This document shows, piece by piece, positions 24,216 to 38,867 of a stretch of DNA of 64,000 bases (position 1 is the stretch's first letter; every line of letters begins with the position of its first letter). The notes under the pieces were generated by a model. It saw only the letters and a program-made list of their open reading frames with translations. It was not told the DNA's origin and ran no database searches. This stretch comes from Octopus vulgaris (lineage: Eukaryota). The stretch is taken from NCBI GenBank assembly GCA_951406725.2, contig OX597819.1, forward strand, positions 28,396,001 to 28,460,000, read 5' to 3'. Position numbers and translations under genes: made by a program.

Positions 24216-26099
24216 GTATATTGAATTATATTAATACCAGATATTCACACTGAAATTATAAACTTGTGTTTAGGTTATAATAGTTGACAATTTGTACTAA
24301 CACGTGCATTGATATTTAAGTATTTTTGTCGTTTTATAAAGTTACACTTCTTTTAGTTTTCTCCCTCGTAATAAGTTAATAGTTAAATGAAATCGGAGAA
24401 CAGTTTGTAAAGATGAAATTCGTTGTGTTTTCGTTGTTGACGAATTCAGTTTCTAACTATTATAATTTGCTATTGTTATTATTTAGCCCCATAATTAATT
24501 ACGATCAAAATATTTACCGAATATAATACATACAAAACTACGTTATCTGTTTTTCCCCCACTTCTTTTTTGTAAAGACGGTAGGGTATGTTTTGGAACAA
24601 GCTTAGCTGTTACTTCTAACCGCATATAGGCTATTTAATTATCTATCTCATCTATCATTCAGATGCTGGAGGACAAAGATCGATGCTTAAAACCTTTGCC
24701 GGCCTTCTCTCAGATCGGTGAAATCGCTGTAATAATGTCCGTAGGGAAATATGAGCTGGGCGTAAATTGCAGCGGTTCCAATTGTGAGAATATGAAGGAT
24801 TGGGAAAAGTAATGAATGCTAAATTTGGTGAATAAGGCACAAATAGGAGCAACGAAAGTGGGGGGTTAACCTTGCCAGTTCAGAGGGGCTGCAACCGCAA
24901 AAGTAACGATAAAAGATATAGAATAATGTGTTTGTGCACTAAGGGGTTATTGCTGTTGTTTGTGAAGGCGCATGGCTGAGGTGGTTAGGATATTCTGCTC
25001 CCGTTTGTATGGTCATCAGTTCGATTCCTGGCGGTGCGCCGTGTCCTTGTGCAAGACACTTTGTTTCACGTTACTCCAGTTCACTCAGCTGGCCAAAATG
25101 GCTTGTAACTGTAATTCAAAGGATCATCCCTGTTTGAATCGCCTCGAGAACTACGTTAAGGGTACGCGTATTTGTGGAATGCTCAGTCACTTGCACGTTG
25201 ATTTCACGAGCAAGCTGTTCCGTTGATCGGACCAACTGGAAACTCGTCGTAACCGACGGAGTGCCAGTCTTTCATTGATGTTGTTTAACCCCAGGTCATC
25301 CCTGACTAGGCTGATCTATGATCAAGGGCGTTCCAACTTTGACCATCCCAGTTTTCTCTTGTGCAATGCATATCTGGAACTACATTATCTAATGTGCATA
25401 TCTTTCATAAGTAAGTTGTAGATAGCGTGTCTTTTGAGGCAAACTTGACTACTATTTCTAGCTGGTCGAGAGACTATGTTACCAAAAGAAAAGCCCTCGC
25501 TTCAAGACTTTTCGGATTTAGAAAGTGGGGAAAGGAACTCTCTTAAAATGCAAGTACACGGTGACGTTTTAGCTTTTTCTTTGTGGGACCCGACAAATAG
25601 GGACATGTTTTTGACTCTTCGGCCCTCTCACTCTCTAAAAACATTTATGAAAATAAATAAGCGAATAAAAACGATCTAAGCCTAACGGCCAAAACAATAA
25701 TTTGATATAAGTTTCATAGTTATGAATTTGTAAAATTAACGATTCATTATTTTCCTCAGCACAAATTGCATCTGCATAAGGACCAGTAGATGTTCATGTC
25801 CACCGGTCATTCGCAATTTGTTCTCTTAGTAAATAATTCCCCACACCTGCTGTAGAGACTCGTTGACTCATACTCCCCTATACCTCTAACACTAGAAAAG
25901 GCACAAATATTACACAATAGTATTATGCTCTATAGATTTTTGGTCTCAGACTTTGTTCACTATTATTATAACTTTCACATTTAGTATGTAGCTTTTCTTC
26001 AGTCTCTCATTGTCACTGTGGCTAGTGGAGAGTTTGCCTTACAGGTAATTGAACTGGTGGACTGTCTTCAACTATGCCTCACTGGTGGTGTTGCAGGTA

Positions 26100-27240
26100 G
26101 GTGTAGGCTGGTGGAGAATTTGTATTAGAGTTTTGAGTGGAGAAGCAATTCTCAACCATCAACATTTTCCACCATCAAGACAGCCGGCATCCTTGGTCCA
26201 AGCATTGATAGCTCATGGGCTATATTTTGGTGTGCCAGAAAGATTTTTTAAACACTTTATTCTCCTCGGTAATGCTCAGTGTGGTGCGGACCAACATCCT
26301 TCCCACTACAAACTGAGTCTCTGTTTCAAACTCAAGCCAAAGAAAGGAGTCTTGAGGAAAGCATTTCAAGCTGGTAGCTTCCAGTCTGCTGAAGTGAAAG
26401 TTAACTTCAAGGTGAATCTTCAATTAAAGCATGAAGATCCTGACTCACCTATAGATCCTGCTTCAAAAGTGCTGAGGGAAAACTTAGAAAACACCATAAT
26501 GCAGTCTTCTGAAGCAGACCTAGATTTTCCATAAAGAAAAATAAGGATTAGTTCAATGAAAATGACCAGAATATGTTGGTTGAGAAGAGATTCACTCACC
26601 AGACTCACCTTCCCTTAGGCTCTCTTGTCTCAAAAAGCAAGCAACCTTATGCCTTGTGTGCAGAAATTTCTAGCACTATTTTCAAGAGATTCAGAATGTG
26701 GACCAATCTCACAGAAAGAACTCTGTTTTGCACAGGTACCAGTGACTACAGAAGATTTTATGAGGCTTTGAATATTCAGAGTCCCTTGCTTTATGCAAAT
26801 GGTTAGGCAATTTTCACAGATAAGGCATCCATCCTGAATTGAAAGTCAGAATATTTGCTGACTTTCCTCAGCATTGTCCATATGGCCCATGACTTAGGAA
26901 TGCATCATATATCATGACAGCAAGAGAAAACACAACTGGATGAGATTCCAATGCTAAGAGAGATTGTCAAGGCCATAAAGTAGCACAAAAATGGAAAGAC
27001 AACAAGAGTGTTGGATATGATACAGAATGATTAGAGATGGATGGGAGAAGCAGATGTGTTGAATGGCTCTGAGTGCAGAAGGCAAGTAGCTAGTTAGCTC
27101 AGAAGAGCAGAAGCCATTGCAGTTGTTGTACAAGAAAAAAATAGATGAAACAGCACATCTAGGAGACAGTATGTCCAGCTTGTTAGTAAATATTTGCCAA
27201 TCACTCAAATAGCTTTTTAAAGATACAACCTAGGAAGGTT
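26100..27240 (+). mobile_element. Decayed RTE/BovB-like LINE fragment
   Basis: Broken frames with endonuclease-end and linker-like peptides (AQCGADQH..YKLSL.FK; DYRRFYEALN). Boundaries approximate. Confidence 0.55.
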
Positions 27241-28233
27241 TTGTGCAGCAGCACCATTCCATAGATGTGAACTGTATTCAAATGTGGATCTTACTAAAGC
27301 TTATAAGTGGGTCAGTAACTAATCAAAGATCCTCAGATGGAATCCTAGTCTTTGTGTTATTGCTAAAATGTTATATGTGTGTTGTAAAGTGGGTTCTTCC
27401 CACTGGGGTGATGTGTGACTGCCGTTGTACTGTAGTTGCTATTTTATGCTAGTAACCAAGTAGTTACTTGTCATCAGATACCACTCTATCTCTTTGAACC
27501 AGAATAGTAATACAATAATTTCTGTCTTAACTATCGCTGATAGCTCTACAAGACACCAACTACAACTGTTGACTCTTGACCCTCTCTCAACTACCAGGTA
27601 ATGGTCTATTTATAATGGCTGGTTCCTACCACTTTTTACCAGGAGAGGTATACAGTTTCTCTATACAACAATATGTGGGGTTGTTATGATACATAATCTT
27701 ACTGTGTGGTGGTCTATCATTTTTAGTAACTTTAAAATATGATCCAAGATATATTATGTCTATAAAAAAGGCAGGATGGTTGCAAATGAAATACTTTTTA
27801 ATCTGCTTGATCAAAATTGATCTGAGATTAGAGAACAAAAGCAACAACCTGGTTTCTTTGAATAAAAAGATTCAAATAATATTTGAGAGAATGTTTGAAG
27901 AAGTCTGTTGTATTGGACTGAATAAATAGAATGGAATTTGTATCTCTCAATAATATGTAAAGTGGGATTGAAACTGGAATCACATAGTTGTGAAACAAAC
28001 ATCTTAACTTTAAAGCCATATTTTTATCTACCCATGCACCCCCCATATCTACACCCTATATAGGTGTGGGAGTAGCTGTGTGGTAAGTAGCTTGCTAACA
28101 AACCACATGGTTCCGGGTTCAGTCCCACTGCGTGGAACCTTGGGCAAGTGTCTTCTACTATAGCCTCGGGCCGACCAAAGCCTTGTGAGTGGATTTGGTA
28201 AACAGAAATTGAAAGAAGCCCGTCGTATGTATG

Positions 28234-28294
<61 letters not shown>

Positions 28295-31225
28295 CTGTGT
28301 TTGTCCCCCCCCCCAACATCGCTTGGCAAGCGATGCTGGTGTGTTTACATCCCCGTAACTTAGCGGTTTGGCAAAAGAGACTGATAGAATAAGTACTAGG
28401 CTTGCAAAGAATAAGTCCTGGGGTTGATTTGGTCAACTAAAGGCGGTGCTCCAGCATGGCCACAGTCAAATGACTGAAACAAGTAAAAGATTAACTATAT
28501 AGTTAGCCTTTAACGGACCCTAACCTATGTTTCTAGTGTATTGCAAAGGTGCTAGAGACAATTTGCGATTGTATAGACTGTGTGATCTGTAAATCTGCAA
28601 GCACATAAATATCATCTTGAGTGTATGGGGAGATAAAGATATGGCTGTGAAGTTAAGATGTTTGTTTTACAAATATGTGATTCCAGTTTCAATCTGACTT
28701 TGTGGCATCATGCGGAAGTGTCTTCAATCATGGTCTTTGGTTCACTATTGTCTTGTGATTGAAGTTTGGTGGATGGAAACTGTGTGAAAGTCAATTGTGT
28801 GTGTGTATGTCTCTCTCTCTCTCTCTCTCTTAGACACACGTGGACAAAAAAGTGGTCCTACTTCTACAAACAGTTCTTTGTCACTCTCACTATTGGAAAT
28901 GCAGTAAACAGGGACTAGCCCATTGTAAAATGTATAATAAATGATGACATTTTTGACAAAATGCATGATATAAAATAAAGATAAAAGCTTCAAGTGTTGC
29001 AAAGGTTAATCTTTATGAAGTTTTGTTACATAGGAGCCATTATCTGTGCAGTGAAGATGCATGGCTCAGTAGTTGGAGTGTTGGGCTCGCAATCATGAGA
29101 TAGTGAGTTTGATTCCTGGACCAGGCTCTGTGTTGTGTTCTTGAGCAAGACACTTTATTTCATGTTGCTCCTGTTCACTCAGTTGTAGAAATGAGTTGCA
29201 ATGTCACTGGTGCCAAGCTGTATCAGTATTTACCTCTCCCTTGGATAACATCAGTGGCATGGAGAGAGGAGGCTGGTATGCATGGGTAACTGCTGGTCTT
29301 CTATAAACAATCTTACTCGGACTTGTACTTCAGAGGGTAACTTTCTAGGTACAATCCCATGACCAAAGGGGGTCTTTACCTGTGTGTGCAGTCAGTATAT
29401 TAGAAATAGCAACCAAATCCCTGTCAGATCACACCATACTGTCTTGAGAAATAAAAAGACAAAATGTACAAAGTAATTGTAGGCATACTTCTAAAATGGT
29501 GAAGGCGTGCGGCTCAGTGGTTAGAGCGTCGAGCTTACGATCATGAGGTTGTGAGCTCGAATCCCGGACTGGGCTGCATGTTGTGTTCTTGAGCAAGACG
29601 CTTTATTTCATGTTGCTCCAGTTCACTCAGCTGCAGAAATGAGTTGCGATGTCACAGGTGCCAAGCTGTATCGGCCCCTTTGCCTTTCCCTTAGATGACA
29701 TTGGTGGCATGGAGAGGGGAGGCTGGAATGCATGGGCAACTGCTGGTCTTCCATAAAACAACCTTGCCCAGATTTGTGCCTTAGAGGGTAACTCTCTTGG
29801 TGCAAGCCCATGGTCAGTGTCGTGACCGAAGGGGGTCACACACACTTCTAAAATGATAATGGTCAATATGAGAATATCTTTGATCATAAGTCTGTCAGGG
29901 CTGACTGGAACTAAACAACGGCAGAAACGATCAGATTTTGTGATGAGGCAAAATCCTGTTTTGGAATGCAGCCTTAGCTATTTTATAGATATGCTTATTT
30001 GGCAGATGTACAATTTGAAATGTCTTGAATGCCTATGTGTGGGTGTGATGACTGCACTATCTGTATCAATTTAATGTGCTTGAAAAGACATGACAAGTAA
30101 AATTGTGGCTGTCCATGCATACTGGCATGTCCTCTACATCTCTCTATCAGCCAAGAGATTCTAGTCTTGCAGGCTCATGGGGGCTGGTGCCATGTAAAAG
30201 CACCTAAACTGACTAGTGCCATAAACAGACTAGTGTCAGTTGCAAACAGTGGTGAGAGATTGAACACATACACACATAACTACCTACCTATTTATCTGCC
30301 TGCCAGTCTATGTATGTATACACACACACACACACATCACAAATGTCCAATGAATAAGAATGAAACACCGAGTAACAGTTTTGTGAAGATTTTGCAGCTT
30401 TAATAAAAGCATATTACTCTACCTTAGAGTATTATTTTTTTCCACTTTGTTTTGCATTTAAGTGCTTACTCATGTGTGTGTGTGTGTGCATATATATATC
30501 ACGTGACATGACTGACCAGTCCATCAGATGTAGTTACACATCGCTGGTCACAATGCGTTCGCATTGTTTTAGCCTTCAAATGACGCCACCCCGCTGGCTA
30601 AGCGAGCAGGCCAACAGAAGAAAGAGTGGTGAAAGAGTACAGCAGGGATCACCACCCCCTGCCGGAGCCTCGTGGAGCTTTTAGGTGTTTTTGCTCAATA
30701 AACACTCACAACACCCGGTCTGGGAATCGAAACCGCGATCCTACGACCGCGAGTCCGCTGCCCTAACCACTAGGCCATTGCGCCTCCACTATATATAATA
30801 TAAATTGGACATGGGCAATTGTTGTGTTCTTTCTTATCTTGAGGTTCACAGCCAAATGGCTAGGTGGATTCATGTGAAAAATGGCACACATGTGGAGACA
30901 GGTGCATAGATTGAAATGCAGTTTGTATTTTTTTCCTAACCCCCATACTTACCGAGAAAATTGATTAAAACTTTTTCTAATGGAACTTCCCTCTTTCTTC
31001 CGCCATTAAAACAACCAGTTGTTTAGAAGCTGTTTTCTGATGGGGTGGGGGTCAGGAAATTTTCATACAGCTGGAGGCCCCAATCGAAACAGGGGATCCG
31101 AAATGATAAGGTTGAGAAACGGTGTTATAGATTATGCCTAACCGAAAATGATCACAACCACATCACCCAAACAGACCGGGTGAAACCGGGCTTAGCTGAT
31201 GGTATATATATATATATATATACTA

Positions 31226-31283
<58 letters not shown>

Positions 31284-31288
<5 letters not shown>

Positions 31289-31514
31289 GTAAATGTAATA
31301 TGTGACAATTATTCGGTAGCAATGATAAAACTTTGAGTTTCGGATGCCGAGGTGGAAATCCACGCCACCATCTCTTCAGTTATCCAGCCATCGGGGCATT
31401 TTTCTGATGGCCAGATAAAGGAAGAGATGGCGTCGTGGATTTCCACCTTGGCATCCAAAACTCGGAGTTTTATCATGGCTACCGAATAATTGTCACATAT
31501 TACATTTACAGATA
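31284..31514. mobile_element. Fold-back element (arms of about 110 bp) next to (TA)n, carrying a hammerhead-like core
   Basis: tatctgtaaatgtaatatgtgacaattattcggtagc... / ...gctaccgaataattgtcacatattacatttacagata, with a spacer of about 9 nt. Confidence 0.85.
31324..31384 (-). ncRNA. Candidate type I hammerhead ribozyme (Penelope-like minimal stem III)
   Basis: GAUAA-CUGAAGA-[GAUG...CAUC hairpin]C-GAAA-CU-caa-AG-UU-UUAUC; stem I GAUAA/UUAUC; GUU site; one extra C before GAAA. Confidence 0.55.
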
Positions 31515-34500
31515 AATTCCTCTATTTGCATAATATCGAGGTCTCTTTCTTTCTTTTGTCATCTTACCATTTTTATCAATATATATATATATGTATATAT
31601 ACATACAATGGGCTTCCTTCGGTTTCCATTTACCAAATCCACTCACAAGGCTTTGTTGGCCAAGTGCTATAGTAGAAGACATTTGCCCAAGGTGTCTCAC
31701 AATGGGACTGGACCCAGAACCATATGGTTGGGAAGTAAACTTCTTACCACTCAACCACAACAAAATCATATATAGTTGGTGTATTCAAGAAAAATATAAA
31801 ACAATGATTCAGGAAAACGTTTGAAGTTCATTAATAGCAACAAGTATTTTAAAAATACTCTGACCTCTTTAGTCAGTGAATTTCAGATAGAATGTTTAAT
31901 AGTAATAAAATCTGTATGTAACTATTAAGTTATATATAGATGTCCATAACCATAGAACAGTACCTGTTTCACAGCACTCTAATGTGCGTTGAAGTTATAC
32001 AGGCATGTCATGAAATTGCTTGACATCAGAATGTATTGTCTATATTTCCCATTTATAGAATAAAGATTAGCATGAATTACTTACTTTGAGTTACTTTTCT
32101 CTCACATGTGATCTAGTCAACAAATTTACATTGTTTAATTTCTAAAAAAAATGTATACTCTTTACTCTTTTACTTGTTTCAGTCATTTGACTGTGGCCAT
32201 GCTGGAGCACCACCTTTAGTCGAGCAGATTGACCCCAGGACTTATTCTTTGTAAGCCTAGTACTTATCCTATCGGTCTCTTTTGCTGAACAGCTAAGTTA
32301 TGGGGACGTAAACACACCAGCATCGGTTGTCAAGTGATGTTGGGGGAACAAACAAAACACACAAACATATACACTCACATACATATATATATATATATAT
32401 ATATATGACGGACTTCTTTCAGTTTTCATCTACCAAATCCACTCAAAAGGCTTTGGTCGGCCCGAGGCTATAGTAGAAGACACTTGCCCAAGATGCCACA
32501 CAGTGGGACTGAACCCGGAACCATGTGGTTCGTAAGCAAGCTACTTCCCACACAGCCACTCCTACACCTAAATTTTGTTTATATAACCTGAGCTGCTTCT
32601 AATTCATATTTGAAAAAAATATGTATATTTATTTTTGTTTATTTTTAGTAAAACAAACTTACTGTTTTCTTTAATCCTTTAGCATATAAACTGTCCATAT
32701 CCAACCAAAATATTCTACTTGTTTTATGTTCAAACTGACCAGATCTGACCTCTCGTATCTACCCTACAATGTCATTCTAAAAATAAACAATCACATCATC
32801 AAAATTTCAAAGCTATGAGATAATGCATGGTTAATATAAAACAATTGAATAATAAAGCATTCCCTCTCTCTTCTCCGGCGAGGCACTGAGCAGCTATACG
32901 CACACATACACACACGGCAGTAACTTCCACCTACCGAATTCAATCACAAAGCTCCGGTCGGCTCGGGGCTATAGTGGAAGACACCTACCCAAAGTGCCAC
33001 GCAGTGGGACTGAACCCGAAACCATGTAGCTAGGAAGCAATTATATTTGACAAAAGTGGAGGTGCATGGCTTAGTGGTTAGGGTGTCAACATCATGATCA
33101 TAAGATTGTGGTTTCAATTCCTGGACCGGGCGACGCATTGTGTTCTTGAGCAAAACACTTCATTTCACATTGTTCCAGTCCACTCAGCTGGCAAAAATGA
33201 GTAATGCTGCGATGGACTGGTGTCCCGTCCAGCTGGGGAACACATACACCATAAAAACTGGGAAAACGGGCCCATGTGCCTGGCTAGGCTTTAAAAGGGC
33301 ACATTTATTATTATTTTATTTGACTGAATAATGTGAATGTTAAACAAGTTTAAAGGTTGGAAGGCCCTAGAAAACACTCTCATTAAAATGTGCCAGTCAG
33401 ATTAAAAGGATATCTGTTGCAGTTGATTGTCTGAGTTAAGTAGGGTTAAAATTGATATGTATATTATATTGGAAATACATACATTGTGTGGAGGCGCAAT
33501 GGCCTAGTGGTTAGGGCAGCAGACTCACGGTCGCAGGATCGCGGTTTCGATTCCCAGACCGGGCGTTGTGAGTGTTTATTGAGCGAAAACACCTAAAAGC
33601 TCCACGAGGCTCCGGCAGGGGGTGGTGATCTATCACCACTCTTTCTTCTGTTGGCCTGCTCGCTTAGCCAGTGGAGTGGCGTCATTCGAAGGCTAAAACA
33701 ATGCGAACGCATTGTGACCAGCGATGTGTAACAACATCTGATGGTCTGGTCGGTCACGGGATCACATACATTGTACATTGAGCAGGATACACAATAACAA
33801 TATTACTGAAAATTTTGTAAAAGTCGTATAACAAGACAAGTATATATTTTATAAGAGTATTTAACATTACACAGTATGTAAAAATATAAAAAATTAGCTT
33901 TTTAATTTCAGCATTGTGCTCTGGCACCCCATCACCACCAACTTTATCTCCCTTCCCGCTACCCTCTTCCACCCTCACATAATACTGGGTAACCATATTT
34001 CTCTTCTATAACAAAGCACCTGCAGTTGTCCCTCTATCATGCTTTAGCCTTCAAATCCTGGCATAAAGCTACCCCACTCTCTCAAATGCTTTCCAATTCA
34101 GTTGAGGGAGCTTTTCTCTTTTCTTTATCTCACAAGCTACATTGTTAATGTTACGAAAAATGCACCCAGTACATGCTAGAATGTGGTTGGCATTAGGAAA
34201 GGCATCTAGCCATAGAATCCATGGCATAGCTGTTATTGGGGCTTGATGCAGCTCTGTGACTTATCAGATCCTGTTAAACTTCTAAGTATGATAAATGAGC
34301 ATTTAAGGTTGATGATGGGTAATTTTAGTACTGGTTCCATGGTAATTTCTAAACTACTGTATCACTAACTTTGAAATTATTGATGCCTGTATGCTTCACT
34401 AGTTTAGTAGCAGCACTTTTAATTCCTACACTATGGACATTATTACTCAAGAGTTGTTGATAGATAAACCACCATGTCACAGTCTTCTCAGGACTTGCAA

Positions 34501-36441
34501 CTTTCAGGTGCATCCCAGCAACAACTGGTCATGATTTAGAACAGGAAATCAGGAACCTTTTTGACCAATTATCTCAAAATATATTTATTTATGCTGAGGT
34601 TACCCCCTTGATCTGAAAGGAAGAAAATTATAGATTCTTTGAATTCAAAAGTTTTATTTAATCTATTTATATTGAGAGTACCATTATAACTATAAAAAGT
34701 ATAAAACAAATGCAATAAAAAAAGGATTTTTCTAGAAACCTTTTCAAATCAGGTTTTGGTGAAATAATGTTTTGTTTTTGTTACAATTATATCAAAATTG
34801 AGGAATCTTGATGCCAGAGCAATTTGGATACAGTCTTCAGGGTCCAGTCAATTACTCTGCTTTGTTTTTATGTTCATCAGAATGTAAGATCATTGTTCAC
34901 AGAGGTAGGTTGTTGTAAGAGGCAGCAACTTTTTGATCACCTCCTCATGTCAGAAGAAGAATTTCTGTTGCAACAAGGAACACATTTTTTTATATAATTT
35001 TACTTATATCTAGTCAGTCTTCATTAACCCACAAAATTTCATTTTTACCCCTGTTCGCTGACCTCTGATTTAGAATTTGCATCAAATTTACATTTCAAAG
35101 AAAATGTATGTTCATCCACAACATTGCATGTGTACAGAATAGTTTGCTTTTTAATACCCTACTCGTCATACAAAAAACTCTTGCCACCAGGCACAAGCTG
35201 ATAACTTTCTTATTTATAAGTTCCTGTTTCTAATTCAAAGATAGAGTCACAAGCCTATTCACTGAATCATTGTTCTCCCTTAAGGTGTTAAGCTAGCAGA
35301 ATGATTTGAGCATTGGGGAAAATGCTGGCTATTTATGTTCTGAGTTCAAAGCCCACTAAGGTTAACTTTGTTTTTTATCCTTTTGAGATTCAGAAAATTC
35401 AATAACAGTGAAGTACAGGGGTTAGCAATATCAACTAAACCCTCCTTTCAGAATTGCTGGCTTTGTGCCTATATCACAAACCATGGTTACTCTCCCTTGA
35501 AGCCATTTGTAAACTATATTACTGAAAATTACTTAATCATTGAAACACCAATGAAAATTGCAGCTATACACTACACTGATAGTCAAAGATCATCATCATC
35601 ATTATCATCATTTAACGTCCGCTTTCCATGCTAGCATGGGTTGGACGGTTCAACTGGGGTCTGTGAAGCCAGAAGGCTGCATCAGGCCCAATCTGATCTG
35701 GCAGTGTTTCTACGGCTGGATGCCCTTCCTAACGCCAACCACTCCGTGAGTGTAGTGGGTGAAAATCAACATTGACTCTCTTAATTCATATTTTCTCAGG
35801 TTTCCCCAAAATCTAGCTTAATGGGGTACATTTTAACGTTGTTGCTTTGTATATGTTAAATAAATCATATTTGATTACTTAAGTAATCAGCATGGCCTCA
35901 GCGGATGGCTGAAACAAGTAAAAGAGTAAAAGAGAGTAAGTAAAATTATTCATAAAGAAGAGAAAGATCCACAAAGATGAGCTCTTATTTTTTCTTAACA
36001 AACATATTACAATATCTAGGAGACCTGAAGTAGAGAGGGTATGTCACTGATGAGGTTGCAAATGCTGACAAAAGAATTCTGATGAATCTAGATGATTGAT
36101 TGATTGATTGAATGAACGATTAATCAAGCGATCACTTAATTGGTGAAATGATTAACTAGTTGGCTCATAAAAATGGTTTCAAATTTTGGCACAAGGCCAG
36201 CAAGTTTGGGGGAGAGGGTAAGTCATTTACATTGACCCTAGTGAGCAACTGGTATTTATTTCATCAACCTCAAAAGGATGAAAGGCAAAGTCAACGTCAG
36301 CAGAATTTGAACTCAGATGTAAAGCCAGACAAAATGCTGCTTAGCATTTTGCCTGGCATGCTATCGATGGCATAATGCCCCCTTCTGAGATACAGTAGAA
36401 TCACACAAGTTCACACCAGGAATCTTGCAAATAAATATAAA

Positions 36442-36837
36442 TCTTTATATATAAAAGAGAAGTTGTGTGTCTGTCTCCTACGATTTAGATTCCTAACTAC
36501 TCCCACATTTTGCGGTACAGTTTAACCAAAACCAGGTATCTTATAGTCGTGATTCATATCGAGCCCTTCTGGGTATTAGCGCGCGTCTACGATGAGTCTA
36601 CGATTTAAAAAAAAATTTACCATCATTTTTTTCCATTTTAATGCATTTTTTCGCTATTATATAAGGGAAGTAACTCTCTAAAAATGTCTACGATGAGTCA
36701 ACGATTTAAAAAAAATTTACCATCATTTGTTTTCCATTTTTAATGCATTTTTTTCTATTTTTTGGCTATAACTCTCTAAAAATGCTTATATAGTTATTTC
36801 CCTTACAAACCCGAGCAACGCCGGGCGATGCTGCTAG
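36442..36837 (+). mobile_element. Non-autonomous Helitron
   Basis: A|TC start, subterminal hairpin CCCG-agcaacgc-CGGG, CTAG|T end; internal tandem duplication of about 100 bp (36585-36780); CpGs retained. Confidence 0.85.
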
Positions 36838-37489
36838 TAAAACATAAAACAATCATCATCATCATTTTAACGTCCACTTGTCTATGCTCGCATGATTCAG
36901 ATTGTTTTGTTGAGGTGGATTTTCTATATCTGGATATCCTTCTTATTGCCAATCTTCACCCAAATAAATTATAAATGAATTGACATTGTCTTTTACTTGT
37001 CTTAGTCATTTCATTGCAGCCATGCTGGGGCACTGCTTTGACAGGTTATTTTGAACAAATTGATCCCAGTACTTGTTTTTATGCCCGGAACCTACTCTAT
37101 TGGTCTCTTTTGCCAAACTACCAAGTTACAGAGGCATATACAAATCAACACCAGTTATCAAGCAGTGGTAGGGGGCTAACACAAACACAAAGGCACACAC
37201 ACATAGATAGATAGATAGCTAAATTGACAAGTTAACTGATAGACAGATGGATAGACATGATGGGCTTCTTTCAATTTTCATCTGAATCCTCCCACAAGTT
37301 TTTGATCAGGCCAAGGCTATTGTAAAAAACTCTTGCACAAGGTACCATACAGTGAGATTGAACCCATGATCATGTTATTTTAGAAGCAAACTTCTTACCT
37401 GTGCCTGTACATATTTTTCTTATAGTTGTCAACTGTTTAGAAGAACATTAATAGCTTTAATTCAACAGGTCATAGAAAGTCCTTGAAGT

Positions 37490-37650
37490 CTGTGTGTAAA
37501 GCTCCTTCTTGCTGGCCTGTGAATGCAATAGATACAGCCATTTCTTACAAATTTGTAAAGGCAATGGGTACATCCTCTTCCTACAAACCTGTGGAAGCCA
37601 TAGATACAGCCCCTTCTTACAGACCTGTGATGAGGACAACCCTGTGAAGG
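37490..37650. repeat. Degenerate minisatellite of about 39 bp (about 4 units)
   Basis: Recurring (c)cttcttacagacctgtg..agc.atagatacagc; explains the spurious repetitive ORFs at 37457-37839. Confidence 0.75.
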
Positions 37651-38867
37651 CAATGAGAAAGGACCTGATCCTTTGCTAAGCTTCTGAGACTGATGGAAGG
37701 TAAGAAGGAAGTTACCCTTACCCTGAAGACTTTGTCTGAATACCTGCAATAGAAAGGACTCTGCTATGGTTATCCAGGAGCCAGGTGGTGTTGTTAAAGT
37801 AAATGATGAGATGGTCTTGGCTAGAACACCTTTCATCATAGATCTGCTATATCAGAACTGACCTTGGGCTAAATCACTCATATCACTATCAATAGATTAT
37901 TCATGTTATTTAACTGATAGAATGTTTATTCATCATCATCATCATTTAACCCTTTGAAGATGGAGCCTCATTTGGAGTTTCAGTTCCAAGAAGACAGAGC
38001 CCTTTTCACAGCATGCAATTATTTTTCAAAAAAAATTACAAGAAATAAAGTAATTCCTTTCATATATAAAACTATATATATTCTTGTAGGAAATTCAATG
38101 AACTAATACAACCTTTATGAATCAAACGGAAACCTCAGCATTTATTCAAATGAGCCATCTAGTTAAGTATCCCTAATCCTAAACCAAGAGTTCACAACAT
38201 CATCACCATAGTAATTTTGATCTTCTCCATTACTTGTTGGTTGTTTTCACCAGTTTCAGTACCCGATTCACTGCTAGGCTGAGAGAAATCAGACTCGTTA
38301 AGGAGATTTTCATCAGTGTCACTGTTGGACATGGTCAAATTTCATGATGCTCACTTGGAACACAAAACAATCAATGTAAAATCACAGAACACAACAAACT
38401 ATCTAAGTGGCAATATCTGATTTCCTTTCTGGCATGGGTTGGATGGTTTAACAGGGAACCAGTGAGCTGCAGGGCTGCATCAAGCTCCACTGTTATCTTT
38501 GGCATGGTTTCTATGGTTTGAAACCCTTCCTAACACCAACCATTTTACAGAGTGTACTGGGTGCTTTTTTTTTCATAGCACCAGCACTAGTGAGGTTGCC
38601 ATGAAAATTTGCCAGACATAAAAGAATAGAAGAAAATGAAAAGGAAAAAGCTCCCATTACCAAGAAGAAGTATTTGGGAGAGGAATATTTTAGTATATTG
38701 AATGTATTTCTCATTTTATCCAACCATACAGAACACAAACCAAAAAACAAATAACCAAACATTTTGATTACATTATGTAATAAATAAAAATGATTTTATT
38801 TTTTGAAAATATAATGGATAAATGTATGTTGACAAACTGTTTTATTATTTTTTTAAATTTCTACTAG

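Noticed and set aside
24655-24852. ORF with PYSPNLA
   Set aside because: Probably a mariner YSPDLAP remnant, too short and decayed to delimit.
26049-26534. 161-aa ORF
   Set aside because: TTG start; lies in decayed LINE sequence with no splice or gene support.
33490-33560. tRNA-like sequences (also 18238, 29501 and others)
   Set aside because: SINE heads that run into SINE bodies without a complete cloverleaf.
37947-38400. TTAACCCTTT end with a downstream acidic minus-strand peptide (piggyBac-like)
   Set aside because: No second TIR or catalytic region visible, so not enough to call.
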